A stretch of 64,000 nt of DNA from Monocercomonoides exilis PA203 (lineage: Eukaryota > Protista > Preaxostyla). This document shows positions 49,690 through 63,300 of this stretch, piece by piece. The notes under the pieces are model-generated. The model did no database searches, had not been told where the DNA came from, and saw only the letters and a list, made by a program, of their open reading frames with translations. Within the stretch, counting starts at the first letter, position 1; each line of letters opens with the position of its first letter. The position numbers were made by a program, and so were the translations under genes. Location: contig LSRY02000058.1 of NCBI GenBank assembly GCA_001643675.2, forward strand, positions 62,001 through 126,000. The letters run 5' to 3'.

Positions 49690-52198
49690 ATTTAGGAGGG
49701 AATTTTTGGTTGGTCGACTTTTCTGATCCAAATATGGATGTCGTGTTTATGCTTCCGATGGAGCTTCTGTCCTTTATGAAGATTTATCTCAAAAAAGAGT
49801 CTTGCAGAAAAATCATCTCATGAATCGCCTCTTCTTTTGGAATTTTCAAATTCTTCATCTTCTTCATAATCTTTCTCTTCCTCTTCCCCTTCTTCTTCGC
49901 TAAACGCAACAAACCTCTTCTTTTCGCTGTTTCAGATGCAAAGAAAAGGGGTAGGTCAGATGCATCGATATCGGAGGATAAATATTCTACACTTCATCTC
50001 ACACTTCATACCCAAAGATTGTCAATAATGACTGCTTCATTCTCATGGGAAGGAATGATGAACATTATCAAATTCCTTAGAAGATTTCTCAGCCGGATGC
50101 ATGTGGAATTTTCACAAGTCAAAAGAAGCCATCACAATGAGCTCGAGAAGCAATGTTAAGGTAACACTGTGATAAATCGCACTCTTTTAATCAAAAGTGT
50201 TATGTTACAGAACAATTAGAAGTTCTCAAAGATGCTTTTTCGCTCAACTTGTGATTGCACTTTTGTGAAAATGTCAGTTTTGATGGATATTGAATCAAAA
50301 AGAAGCAGAGCTTAGGGCTGTGGAAGTGAATTATTATTTTCTACGAAACAAAAATGTGCCTGGTCTGCTGCGGATTTCGTTCGTAATTGCACATCTGGTG
50401 TCTGAATCTCCGTAGTAGATGCGTGCTGAGAGACGAAACAAAGCGAAAAGGTGATGGAGCAAGGTGTTGCAGTGTGCGAAGTGGAGGAGATTGAGGTGAT
50501 GTGGTTGAAGGATGCGGGGCTGAGGACGGAGGATGTGGTTCTGTCTCCAGCAGCGATCGCGCTGGCTGTGTTTGAGGAGTGGGAAGAGGCAGAGGAAGGA
50601 GAAAGGAGAGGTTAAGAGGGAGAAGAAAAGGGAGAAGATGGAAGTGAGAGGGAGATGATGGGAATGAGGAGAAAGGCGGGTATCCTGCAGAAACAAGGGA
50701 GTTCGTCAAAATCAAACCTAAAAGAATCTGAAGAAGCTGGAAGAAGCGATGGCGCCTCTGGTTGTGGAGGCGCTTGGCCTGGCTTGGCTGAGGTTTGTGA
50801 AGACAGAGGCTGAGGTGGACAAGTTGCATTCAGTGAAATCTGAAGTGTGCAGTTCTTCTTCATCCAATGGCATTCAACAGGAGATTTCAGGAGCAGAGGA
50901 GAGAAAGGCTGCGGTTAAAGCAGCAGATGTGCTATTTGAATGAAACTTCAAATTGATGTTCAGATGGAGTGGGAAAAGATGAGGACCAGGTGTAAATTTC
51001 GATGAATGGTTTTGCCACAAATGAGGAGTCAGTGGGAAAAGGCAGCACGATTGATTTGGAGAAGGAAGAGGAAAAGGAAGAGGAAGAGGAAGAAGGGTAG
51101 ATTCTGGATGTGGAATCGCTTCTGATTGTTCCTGCGCACCTGGAGTGTTTGACGCTGGTTAACGAGAGTATGTTTTAGAGCTGGCAGGACTATCTGGTGA
51201 CGATGACGGTGACGGTGGAGCTGGTGGAGCTGTGTGCCGAGCGGGAGCGGATTGTGGGGAAGCCGGTTGTGGAAGGGATGATACAGCAAGATGGGACGAT
51301 GAGCGTCACGTTTATTGAGGAGGGGCTGTTTGTTAGGAGAAAGAAGAGAAGAGAAAAGGGTGTGGGTATAGGTGGGGGCGGATGTTTGGTATCGGATGGA
51401 GTATCGTTGCATTTGAGCTCGGACAGGCAGAGAGAGAGGATGGACGAGTTTGTTGCGATAGGGGCGGTTGTGCCGCAGGAAAGTGTGCCGTCGATCGCTC
51501 TGCGGGATGCGACGTATGCAATTGGGCAAGTGTGCCACGGGAAAGGGATGATAGGGGTGTTTAGTGTTTAATATTGTGTCCTTGTGGACGAATGGGAGTC
51601 GCTGGTATCTTCATTAGCGTTCCTGTGAGTGCTGAATTTTCTGTGTCAAGGCATGGAGAAAGCGTCTGGAAACTACCTCCTTCCGCGCCGCGCCGGCACC
51701 ACCGCTTTGCATGTACGTGCTCCTTCCTCTGATTCTGCGCATTCTGCCTGTGCTCGGCCTCAGGGATGTTCGAGCGGAGCACACAGGTCGGCCTCGCAGC
51801 ACCAGGCAGCAGGTGCGCATGGAACGTCTCCTCAACAGGCGTATGGTTCTAATGAAACCTTTGCACAAGCGTGTGCCTGGTTCTCTCCGGAGGCGACACG
51901 CAGCTTTGTGATTGTGCAGCCGTTCAATCAACTGGAGCTGTCGAGTGAGCCGCACGGACAGTTCTTTTCGAACTGCCAGGAGCACAACATCACGTTTGAC
52001 TTTGAGGGGAAGTGCGGTGTTCTGTTCCAGCTGGCCGGGCATCTCGTTGCGGGGGTTGTGGGATTTGCTGCGTACGAGTCATCGGTGGAGCTTGCCGTGC
52101 GGACAGCTACGCGAGCACTGGAAACGGGAGCTGTGCAGATGTTGCGCTGTGCGTTAATTTCAGTGCTGGGCTGGGAAGACAAGAAAAGGATGGAATAG
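49690..52198 (+). pseudogene. IQCH: IQCH-like pseudogene, heavily disrupted
   Basis: LVDFSDPNMDV, FVAIGAVVPQESVPSIALRDATYAIGQVCHGKGMIGVFSV and FFSNCQEHNITFDFEGKCGVLFQL match IQCH blocks. Many stops and frameshifts; homologous to 1-1133. Confidence 0.72.
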
Positions 52199-53047
52199 CG
52201 GGTGTATGTAGAGAATGGGGCTGCGGCAAGAGGGACGGAGCTGGGGAAGCTGGCTGGGCTTGGAAGTGGACTTGTGAAAATTGCACTAGAGAAAGAAGAC
52301 TTTACAAAGGCTGGTCTTTAAGGCTTGTTACGCATTAGAGCTTAAATAAATCTGATTGTTAATTATGGTCAGCTTTAAGTTTGTTCCATTTTCATTAAAA
52401 CTTTCTTGGTTGTTTTTATGTTTACCATCGTTATGCAGGAGATTTTGTTCTAAAGTGTATTGTTTTATTTATTGCATCAATTGAATTGTTTTCATTTAAA
52501 TTGAATGAACGATGTTTTTTGTGATCCATACTCCAATTCAAGCACATGGAATATAAAAAAATATATTTTTTGATGTGTGGATATTTTTTGTTCAACATGT
52601 AGATGTCTTTTCTATAATCATTATCCTTTGAAAAGTTTCGTTAGTGATTGGATTTGTCATATTTCAAAGGTTAATACTGACAAAAAATCACTGATGATAA
52701 CACCAAAACAAATAATACCATGAAAATTATTTGAAATGAAGTTGCTTTGAGTGAAGTGGATGATTATGCTGAAGTGAACTTTGCATTCCAAAGAATAAAA
52801 TATTTGCTCTCTCTTCTTTAGTGCATTCATGAACATTGCTTGTCCTCAAGCGCTTCTCCGTTTCTTTGAAGGTGTTCATCAGCTTGTGAGCTATTTCAAT
52901 TATAAATCAATCAGCAAATGAGAAAATAATATATGATAAGAGTTTGAATGAATTTGTTGAAGATATTAATGTCCAAAAAAATTAAAAATATTTGAATTTT
53001 TTATGCATTTACACACAAATAAAAACTTTCTGTCATTTTCGCCTGTT

Positions 53048-53460
53048 TTAACAATTGTTCTCTCTAAGATCCGCAAATAAATCGTCCTCGTTCATTGCAA
53101 TCATCTTCAGCATCATCGATGCCTTCAAAGTTCTTGTACTCAGTTTCCATTCGCTTCCATCTCCTTTTTTCAGTTTCTCCGGAATATATCGATTTGAAAA
53201 TTTTTTCCGAAGCCTTTTCAGTTCCCTGAATTTATCTTTCATCAACTTCCAGTACAGCGGATTCACTGCTTCCACAATGAATGAAATGTCGGCTGCTTTG
53301 ACATAACAAGCCTTATCATCGCATCTCAGCACACATAATTTGGATGCGCTGCGTTTGAAAACAAAATGCGTGCTGCTGTTGCTGCTTCTAAATGCTGGTT
53401 GGTTAATAGTACTGTCGTATTTCACTTGTTCGAAGCAGCTATCGGAGCAATATACGAAAT
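53048..53460 (-). pseudogene. Unidentified coding-like fragment
   Basis: ~135 protein-like codons followed by a stop, an AT-rich intron-like stretch and further coding-like sequence near 52740-52890. No family recognised. Confidence 0.3.
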
Positions 53461-56287
53461 GAAATTTGTCGAAATAAAATAATAATAATGAATGAAAGCA
53501 GATTTTTTTGAGTGGAAAAAAAACCAGAAAAATGTGTTGTATTGCAATAAAATACAGACAACAACGTTGAAATACTTCAAAACAAAAGTTGCAAACCAAT
53601 TGAATCAAGCATTTTTGAGCAGTCGTTTGTTAATATATTCAGCTTTCCAGTTTTCTCATCCAAGTTACCCTCCCTCACGATTATTCAAATTCCCTCTCCA
53701 ACACACATGCTTCTCAAACCACCTGGATTTGGTATAACATGTGCAGATCAAGGCTCAAAAGTGGATGTTGATGAAGCAGCCGAAGGCACTTCAGATGGAG
53801 TTGAAGAGGAGGATGAGAAGAAGATGAAGAAGAAGAGAACAAAAAAGAGGAGTAAGTGGAAAACTCATCATTTCCATAGTCAAACAGTTGGACGCTTTGA
53901 AAGTTGAAAAAACAATTACAAAAAAACCGAAAAAATTGAACAAAAGAAAGTTGGCTTTCTTGCCTAAAGGCGAATCAAGGACAGTAGAGTTGCATTGGTG
54001 TGTGATAAAAAATAAAAGGCACTTCTCTCTGGTTTAATTTTCATTAGCCAACGAATACAATAGAAAAAAAGGAAATAGTGGAAAACAGTTGAACACAGAT
54101 GTTTGCTATTTGAATCACAAAAATGGAAAACTCATTCTAAGTTGCAACATGAGAATTTGATGGTCATTTAAACAACAAATTCTCAAATAAGAAGAAGGCC
54201 TTCTTTCCATCAGCCAAGTTGAAAATATATCATCAATGAAGAGATGGAAGAAAAATGAGAAGAAAACTCATCACCCACAAAAATGCAACTTAAAATGAAT
54301 TGTCACTGAAAATAGCGCTCAATTTAAAAGTGCTGCTGTCTGTGAGAAATATGATTTGCTAAAAAAAATAAAAAATAATTATGCATCGATTATAAAAATT
54401 CTTTAAAAGAACACATACACCCCTCCTATTGAAAATACAGAAGATTGTCCAACCTCCAATGCTTCCATTCTCCTTTTCCATTGTTTCCCAGTGCTCATTT
54501 TTCCATAATCCTTTAGTCTCCATAAATATCCAACTTTCCACGTTGTCGTTTTCTTTCCTCATCAAAAATATATTTCCTCATTTTTTCTTTCCATAAGCTG
54601 TCCAATTAAAGACATTCTTCGTTTCATTTTTGTCCAAATGCTTTAAAATCGAAATTGTTTTTATCAACTGTTCCAATTGAATACAAAATATTTGCACTTC
54701 CCATCTGCCAATTTCACCTTCGCATCCAGCTCTCTTTTGATGTTTTTTTCTGAAAAACAAAAGAATAGCCTTTTTGAGAATTTCCTATTCACAAATTCCA
54801 AAATGAGATGCTTTGAACAATCGTTATTAAAAACTGAAAAATATTAATCATAAGCAAACATATATTCGCATACAAAAATGAAATTATTAAAATTGCAACA
54901 ATTTCTTTTCTCTTTTCAAAAAACAAGAGGTTTTCAAATTAATTCACGTAAAAAAGAAATGGCAAACACACTGAAACTTTAAATTTGATTTTCAATTTTT
55001 TTTGCTGATAAATTATCCTCTGTGACTGTTTTTCATTGATGATTTTGAAATTGCCTGAGACTGTTTTTTAACATTTCACTATTTCAGTATCTTTCTTTAT
55101 TCTTCGAGAATCTTAATTGATTCAGTGAATATACCATAATTTCATAGGTGCTCTCTAATTGTAATCTAATGGGGCAAAATTCTTGCATTTATGAAAAAAA
55201 CAACGATTTGTTCCATTCTTTTTCCACAACCTTATCATAATATATCTTTCATTCCCGCGTTAAAAAAAGAAGAAAATTTTGAAAAATGAAAAAAATATTT
55301 GAAGTGAAGAATGGAACAAAATTCAAAAAACAAAAAAGTTCGTCCCTAATGTTTTTCAATAACCCTTTATAACAATTGTAATTCAATATCTTCCTCAAAT
55401 TTGTTTGACTATCGATTTTTGATGCAATCTTCTTTGCAACATTTCGTTAATGATATAAACATGTATTATTTTGTGAAAAGTTTTAACAGAATCTTGGTTT
55501 TTAAAAATATTTCACTTCATTTTTCAAAAAAATCATAAAAAAACTTCAATAATGAGTATTTTATATTATAAACTCAATACCGTTAAATAAAAAATTCTCA
55601 AAACTCATTTCTCATGCATTGAAGTCATTCGTTTTCAGTTGCAAATTTTTTCACTGAAAACGCTTGAAGTGCCATATTTTCCCCCATTTCAGAATAAAAC
55701 AAAAATATGCAATAAATAACACAAAGTTTTTTATTTTAATGTGCTTAAAAATAAACACAAATTCATATTTATTCAGAAAACCGTGTTTTATGCAAAAATC
55801 GTAAAATGAGGAAAAAAGGTCAAAAATTAAATTGAAAATGTTAAAAACAAGCAAAAATAATAATATTGGAATGTGGAATTATGATATTGTGGCTTCAAAA
55901 CGTTCGGAATGAAATATTAGCTTCAAGGCCAGCAAGTCTTTGATCTGGGTACTTAAATAAAAAAATAATAACAATTTTTATGAACATAAAATTTTCAAAA
56001 AATAAAATAACAGAAAGTTGTAAATAATTGTGATAAATAAGTTTATTTATTAATCTTTTGTTTCAAACCTATGCTGAGCTAAAAAAAGGCATCAGAAAGT
56101 TTCAAAAAAAAAAGGTTGAGAAAAAATTTTGAGGTCAAGATTAAATATGCATTTCATTTTCCTTTTCAAATGGATAAGGAGCTTCATTATTTAAAATTCT
56201 TCACTTCTTGGTGAACGAAGAAGCACAGTGGGTTTTTACGATTCCATTGAAACAGAAGCATTGGCACAGAGCTCAGCATCATCGTTA

Positions 56288-56738
56288 AAGCCAATTGGAG
56301 GTAAAAATACAATTGTCGAGATTGACGAAGCAATCTTGAACAGAAAAAAATATCATTAAGGCAGATGAAAGAAGCAGATCTGGCTATTTGCAGCTGTGCA
56401 AAAAACTGAGTATGTAAATAATGGAAGCTTTTTAATCATCAGAGTCCATTATTTAAAAAAAAGACACATTGCTATCAATCATTCAAGCAAATATCTTTCA
56501 AGGAACAATGATTCACAGAAATGAATGGAGAGCCTTCTCACCTCTCAGTGATTTCGGTAATGGTCACAAAACAGTTTGTAGTAAATATCACATCAAAGGC
56601 CCTGTTAGCGAAACATGTATTTATAAGATTGATGATTTTTGGAGACAATTTCAAAGAGATTTACCATTCACTGGCCTGAAAGAGTTACTCGTTGATAATT
56701 ATTTTTCACTTTTATGTTTCAAAAAAGAAAACGATTAA
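56288..56738 (+). pseudogene. Decayed Merlin (IS1595/ISXO2-like) transposase
   Basis: KPIGGKNTIVEIDEAILNRKKYH*GR*KKQIWLFAAV, then a frameshift to TLLSIIQANIFQGTMIHRNEWRAF..HKTVC..KIDDFWRQF..DNYF. Confidence 0.85.
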
Positions 56739-57330
56739 TATTCAGTTTCACAGAAAAGGAAATGTGACAACCAAAAGTGGGTTAATATGTTAAAGAAGAG
56801 AAGAAAGACCACAAAGAAGAAGATGATGAAGGTGATGCGCTTTTTTGAGCTGAAGAAAACAAAGAAATTTCTGAGGATACTATGGAAGTTAGCAATGGAG
56901 CAGAGCATTCTGAATATGGACCAGAATAAAATATAGTTGTCCACCTTTTATCGTCTTTTAAAAATTTGTTTGTTTGTATTTCTATTCTTAAATTGCACAA
57001 TAAATAAAAAATACTTAAGAAAAAATAATAAAGAAAATAAACCTATATATCATTCTTATGTTTCCGAAAACAGTTCGATGAAAAAAAACATATGAAAACA
57101 ACATGTGATAATCAAAGCTTCAACATAAATTTGTTTGGTTCAATGTATTATGTCGTGCATTCACCCTTCTTTTTTTTTCATTATTGTCACAGGTTCTTCA
57201 AATAACTCTATGGAACAAATACATTCTTATTTGTATTTAAAACCCAGCTTTGTTATTTTATTTGATCAAAACGTGATTGCATTTAAAAAAACTTCGAAAA
57301 AACATATTTGTGAAAAAAAACTCTTTCGAT

Positions 57331-60300
57331 TCACAATGAAGAAGTGTCAATGAGTGAATTATCTAATGATTCATTCATTTCTTCAATATACTTTTTTTGA
57401 ACAGATTTTCTCTCTTTTTTCTTCAGAGAATCCTGGAAAACATAGTCAAGCTTTTTCTTTACTTTCCTTCCGCATGGCCAGTTGATGTTTAAAAATGTTT
57501 CAACAATTGGCAAAATATTTCCTACAAAACCCAAATAAACAAACGTTCCTCCAAGAGATGAAAAGAGCATCATCAAACTCACTTTGGTAGTGTGGTGTGT
57601 TATCAAAGAAGTTTTGTCTAGTTTGAAGATAATGTTCATTCCGAATCCAAAACAATCATCAAGATTTGTTTCATCGGCTGTTGAACCGACGTCAAAGGAC
57701 ATTTTATTAACAAGATGACCATTTCCTGAATTAAATGATTGAATAACATTTCTTTTATAAAAAACAGAATGGAAGAGTTCAATCGTAACATTCGTTGAGA
57801 TTGGTCCACCAAGTGCACTGCCGTAGTCATTCACATAAACTTGTTCAAGACTCGAAGTTTGATTTTGCTTATTTCTTGATTTCTTCAGTTCTGGAATTGC
57901 GGAATCGACACGAGCTAACACTTTAATTGCACGACAAGATGCACCTTTCTCTATTGAATGAAATGATACATAATTCAGAGAACCTTGCGTGAGTTGTTTG
58001 CTCATTTTTTGCTCTTGAAATGTTATTGTGCATAAATGTGTTTCTGGATAATATTTCCTATCTGAAGGCTTTTGAGAACAATAATGGTTGACTATTTCTT
58101 CGTTTGAACTGCTCGAAATAGAATTGTCGTAATAATCTAAACAATAAAATAAATTGAAAAAAAAGAATAAAAACGTTCATACGAAATGGATTATTTTGTC
58201 CTTTTCCAATTCCAAGTTTTTCTGAACAAGGTCCACTTATTTCAGTAGAAAAACCAGCGCCCTCAACACAACTTCCAGCATAATCAATTAATGTTACCTC
58301 CACTAAAACTTTTTTGTTTTCAAACATAGAATTTTCTCTAGTTGCATCATCCATTGAAGAGTCCATGAAAGTTTTTGTCTCTTCAATATTGAAAAAGAAG
58401 AAATCGATGAAAATTTGGAGGGCAAACCCAAAAACAAGTGAAATGCCAATTATTGATAATAAACCACCCAACGTGGTTTTTCTGATGTACTTGACAGAGG
58501 AATGAGTTACAGGATCAATTGTGTCAACATATTTATCTGAGAATCTGTCCAATTTGAATAAATGGGCTTTTGTTGGGAAGAATAAAAGCAATATTGCAAT
58601 CAAGACACCAACACCTACCGGAATGGCTATCATACATCCTTTTATCAATGATTCAAACTTGTTATGCTCCAACGAAGATGGCTGAGAAAGAATGGTTTTA
58701 TTTTCATAACCTTTATTCTCGGCCGCTGAACCTATTGGACACGAATAATCATCTGAGCAATTCTCATAATCATCTAATCCTGATTCATTCGTAAAATAAC
58801 CTTTTGGAACTGCCTTGCATCCAAATGCATATGCATCTTCTTCATGGTCATGTGTTCCAGGAGGACATTTTAAGCATCCTGCTTTATTGAGAAAATCTGA
58901 ATATTCGCCAACTTTGCATTTCACACATTTTCCATCACTTTCTTTTGTTCCTTGGGAACATGGAAAAACATTTGTTAGATTGAAAAAACGAAATTTGTCA
59001 ACTGCCCCAGGAATAATTGTCCCATCTTTATTCACTTCTCTTCCACCAAAGCAAAAAATACTTCTTTCAAAAACTGTGCATCCCGCTTCCACAATATCAA
59101 GATGAAATTTTCCTCCCAGAGCGGCACCGTCATCTTCTGTTACGTTAGCTTTTCCGAACTCATCAAATTCAATTATCTTGAATGAATCCATTGCATGTTT
59201 TCCTTTTTCGCCACCAAACATGAGAACTCTATTTCTCATTGGCAATGCCATCCCATCAACATGATGGAAAATAAACTCTTTGTCATTTTCTTCGCATTCA
59301 GATTTAATCCATGATTTGTTAGTCATGTTCATTATCATTAAATTTGAATGATTAATTTGACTGACGTAATCAATTTTCTCAAAATTGTTGTAAATATCAA
59401 AAAGATAATATGAGATAAAAGGCTGTGTTCCATCTTGACCACCTGTTGACACAAGAACAGGCCTTATTTCTGAATTGTCTCCATGATTATCTTGACAGAA
59501 TTTTGAGTTTTGAGATTTTGAATGATGTGATGAATTTTGAATAATTTTGGTCCCAAGCTTTGAAGTCGCAATTTCATAATCCAGTAAATTTTGATTTATG
59601 ATATTTTCTTTTGAAAAACGAGATAAATTCATATTCATAATCAAAAGGGTTGGCCTTAATGCTTTCACACCAAGTTCATATAAAATTTCCCACGTTTCTG
59701 TGCTAAATGTGAATACAAAAATATTTTTGTTCAACGTTCCATCAGATAACTCTCCACCCAAAACAATTAAATAGTCCATGAAAATTGAAGCAGAGGCTCC
59801 AAAAACAGGATATGGTTGTGTCTGTGAATCTTTCCCCAATTGTTTCCACGTTGAATCGATAAAAGAAAATTCCCATAATTCGTTTGATGGTTGAACTTTT
59901 CCTGTTTTCACGTCTGGACCTAAACCTCCAAAGAGCAGAAAGCGCTTATTATTCATACAAAATGCTGACAATTCTCTTGCTGGAGGAGTTTCTGAAGAAG
60001 TATCTGAAGATTTTTCACTCCATTTATCTTTCTCTATATCGTACACATAAACATCATCAAATATTTCACCTGAAATTGGATCTCGTCCTCCATACACAAA
60101 AAATCCTTCCTTCTTATGTACGATAATAGGATTCAAACGAGGAGAAGGTGCAAAGCCTTTTATTGGCTGCACAGAAACAAACGGGGAATCACTTTCATTT
60201 GAATTAATAAATGTTTTTGGTACTGTAGAAATCTTTTCCATTTCACTATTTCTGAATTTTGAATCCTGATGTTCTCCATAAAGAATCTTCTTTCGGAATT

Positions 60301-61453
60301 CTTTTCTGCGTTTGATTGCTTCTGAAGAATTCATTTCCTCTTCTGTTTGACCAAACTTCAAGTCTTCTTTCAAAACAACAATAAGATCTGAATTAATCCC
60401 TGGTTGTGTTCTTCCTCCAAAAATAAACAGATTTCCATCTTTGTCTGTTGCACATCCACTATCAACCCGAAACAAATCTTTTTCTCCAGTCTTGTTTGTT
60501 TCATTGGGTTTTATTGTTTTGAATCTTGCTGTTAATGTTCCACTCCCACTTTTTATCACTTGGCTACAGTCAAGAATTAGCAATGAATTGAATTCATTTC
60601 TTATTTTGTTGATAGGACAACCACCAAAAATATATGAATATGCTCCATCATAAGAAATGAATGTTGAATGTCCATAATTGGATCTGGATTCTGGAACATT
60701 ACTGTCATTCCCATATCTATCAGTTATTTTCACCTCTTCCCAAACAGGATCAATATCATCGATTTTTGTTCTGAACATTCTGAGCTTTGTGTCTGTGCTG
60801 TTTCCTGTGTCTCCTCCATAAACAACTGCATATCCATTGGAAACAAGCATTCCTGCCCAACTACAGGGTTTTGGACCTTCTCCACTTGAGGCTATTTTCA
60901 ATTCTCTCCATTTGTTCGTTTGAGCATTGAATTCCCAGACATCATTAAGAAATCCAGAAGCACTGATACCTCCAAAAATGTAAAGTTTGTCACAGTTTGA
61001 AGCATATGCCATTGAATGTCTCGCTTCAGGAATTGCCTCGCCCTCTTCCATTTCCTTCCAAGTGCATGAACTCATTTCAAATGACCATAGAGTATTTGAT
61101 AAGCCAGATTCTTCCCATCCACCCCAGATAAAAAATGAATTGTTTATTCTAAATTGAGCAAAATTCTTCACCAACGGCTTTTTGCTCTTTATGTGTATTT
61201 GTTGACGCTTTATGTTCAAAGGATTAAAATTAATAACATACGCATCTGAAAGAGAAACATCTTTCCTTGTTGTTCCTCCATAAATGAATAAACTTGATTT
61301 GTTTTCTTTTGAAAAATACTGAGTAAATGGGGAGAATCTTGGGTTGATGTGTGAACCAAAACGAGGCAATTCTGTCATTGCTTCCACAATTTTCTTATTT
61401 GCAACACAATGAACACTGCAATACAAAGAACATAGAATAAATAGTAAAACCAT
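57331..61453 (-). CDS. Kelch-repeat + Cys-rich (GCC2/GCC3-like) membrane protein; exons 61453-58183 and 58136-57331, ~1358 aa
   Basis: Signal peptide, more than 10 Kelch-type (F/Y)GG...W repeats, CxxCxxGxY/CPPGT repeats and three hydrophobic helices. A 46-nt GT-AG intron joins the two ORFs in frame. Confidence 0.88.
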
Positions 61454-61942
61454 CAATATTTGATCGGAAAAATTATATGTAATAATAATTTTCAACTGAA
61501 CCATAATTAATTTTTTTGCTCTGAATGCTATTTATAATTCGAATTGTGAATTCAAGGATTAATAAAATAATTTCAGATGATAAATATTTCAATATATTCA
61601 TTATTCAATATTAAAAAATCATTACAATTCTTGGAACGGAAATATTTCTTGAAACAAACTCAAAAAAAAAAAGAAGAAGAAGAAGAAAGAAAAAAAAGAA
61701 AAGAAAAGAAAAAAAGAAAAGAAAAATAGAAAAGAAAAGAAAAGAAAACATCAAACTTTATGATTTTGAAAAGTCGTGAATAAAGATGATGGATGATTCA
61801 AATCAGTTCTTTTTGATAATTTTAATAAAACACAAGGTGAACCATTTTCTGAAATGCACGCAAAAGCCATATGAAATGACAAACGCAGAACAAAAATTTG
61901 ACTAAATAGATACGTAGCAGATTGGGAAAGATGCAACCTTAA

Positions 61943-62388
61943 GGGTACCCAATTTTTTCGTTAAATCCATGAATAAAAAGCAAAAAAATGCAATGATAAG
62001 ATAATACATATACATTAGGTGAATAATAACCTATTGATCAAAACTTAAAATGATCGAATGGTTTTTTATTCACATAATAACTTTCATGAGGCTTTTTTCT
62101 ATTCTCATTTCAATGCTTGAATTGAGTTTTTAGCAACCCTAACAATTGCAAATAGCACTAAAATTCAAATTTAAAAACCTAAAAATGTCTTTTTGTTGTT
62201 GTTTAATTTATTTTTCAAAAAACTAATTAAATAATTTCAATTAGGGGACAGTTGTTTTTGAGAACGAAAGCTTTAAAAAAGAAAAAAGATATATAAAACA
62301 TATAGTCAACACCAAAGAGTGTTGATGAAAGTTCACTCGAAAACATTTAGCCTTTTCATTAAGCTTATTTCTAATATTTTTGGTACCC
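61943..62388. mobile_element. Non-autonomous TIR element with TTAA target duplication (Kolobok-like ends), 446 bp
   Basis: TTAA|gggtacccaa ... ttttggtaccc|TTAA, with weaker pairing for ~45 bp inward. Confidence 0.65.
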
Positions 62389-63300
62389 TTAAAGTGGCAT
62401 CATACCGCAGATTGGATCAAATTATTCATATCGAAAAAAATAATTCAAAAATTTGGGGGTAATTTAAAATAACCCCTGTTTATTTGAATTGACTTGCTTA
62501 TTTTAAAAATCTTCATCTAATTTTGAATAAAATGTTCTAAACATAAAAATGATTGTGTTAGATTATTCGCGTGAAAGATTGATATAAAATACGAAAGTTT
62601 TTTTTCGATTCTTTTTTGAAAAAAAATCGATCTTTCAATAATCTTCTTCGAAAAAAAGAACAATTCGATAATTCGTTTCAAATGCTTTACCAACTTATGT
62701 TATCGAAAACGTGAGTTATATAATGCAAGTATATATTGTTTTAACAATTAAAAATTCATTTTTCCCAATATACAAATCATAAAAGCTTCTGAAAACTTAT
62801 TGTTTATTTCTTCGCAATTGAAGGTTGTTTCTGTAAAACCGTAGCACCAACAACTTCTGTTCCATTTTGATCAGTCCTCACTTGGTATTTACTGCTTTTT
62901 TCGATTTAAGCAACAGAAATTTACAAACAATATTGTTTTTCATTTTTCGCCTAGTTGATAAACAATACCTTCAATAATTTACGTGAAATATATAAAAAAC
63001 TGAATGAAAAAGGTATATGTGGTTATTTTTCAAGATTTCGTTTTGAGTATTAAACATTTCAATTTTTAACAAATTTAACTTTTTCGATATTCATCTAATT
63101 ATTTATCCGATTTCACATTTTTCTTACAGTTCCAAATTCTATAAACATTTTTCCTTTGGATATCCCACATTTATAACACTCTCTATCCTCAGGATTACTC
63201 CTAAGTGCAAAAAGAATTTCGACGATCTCATCTATTTATTTACTCTCGTCTAAATTAACAGATTTCTATTCCTGCACGCTCAAACCATCATCAACAGTTC

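Noticed and set aside
62455-62477. ggggtaatttaaaataacccc hairpin as a Helitron 3' end or terminator
   Set aside because: No following CTRR motif, and no second copy seen.
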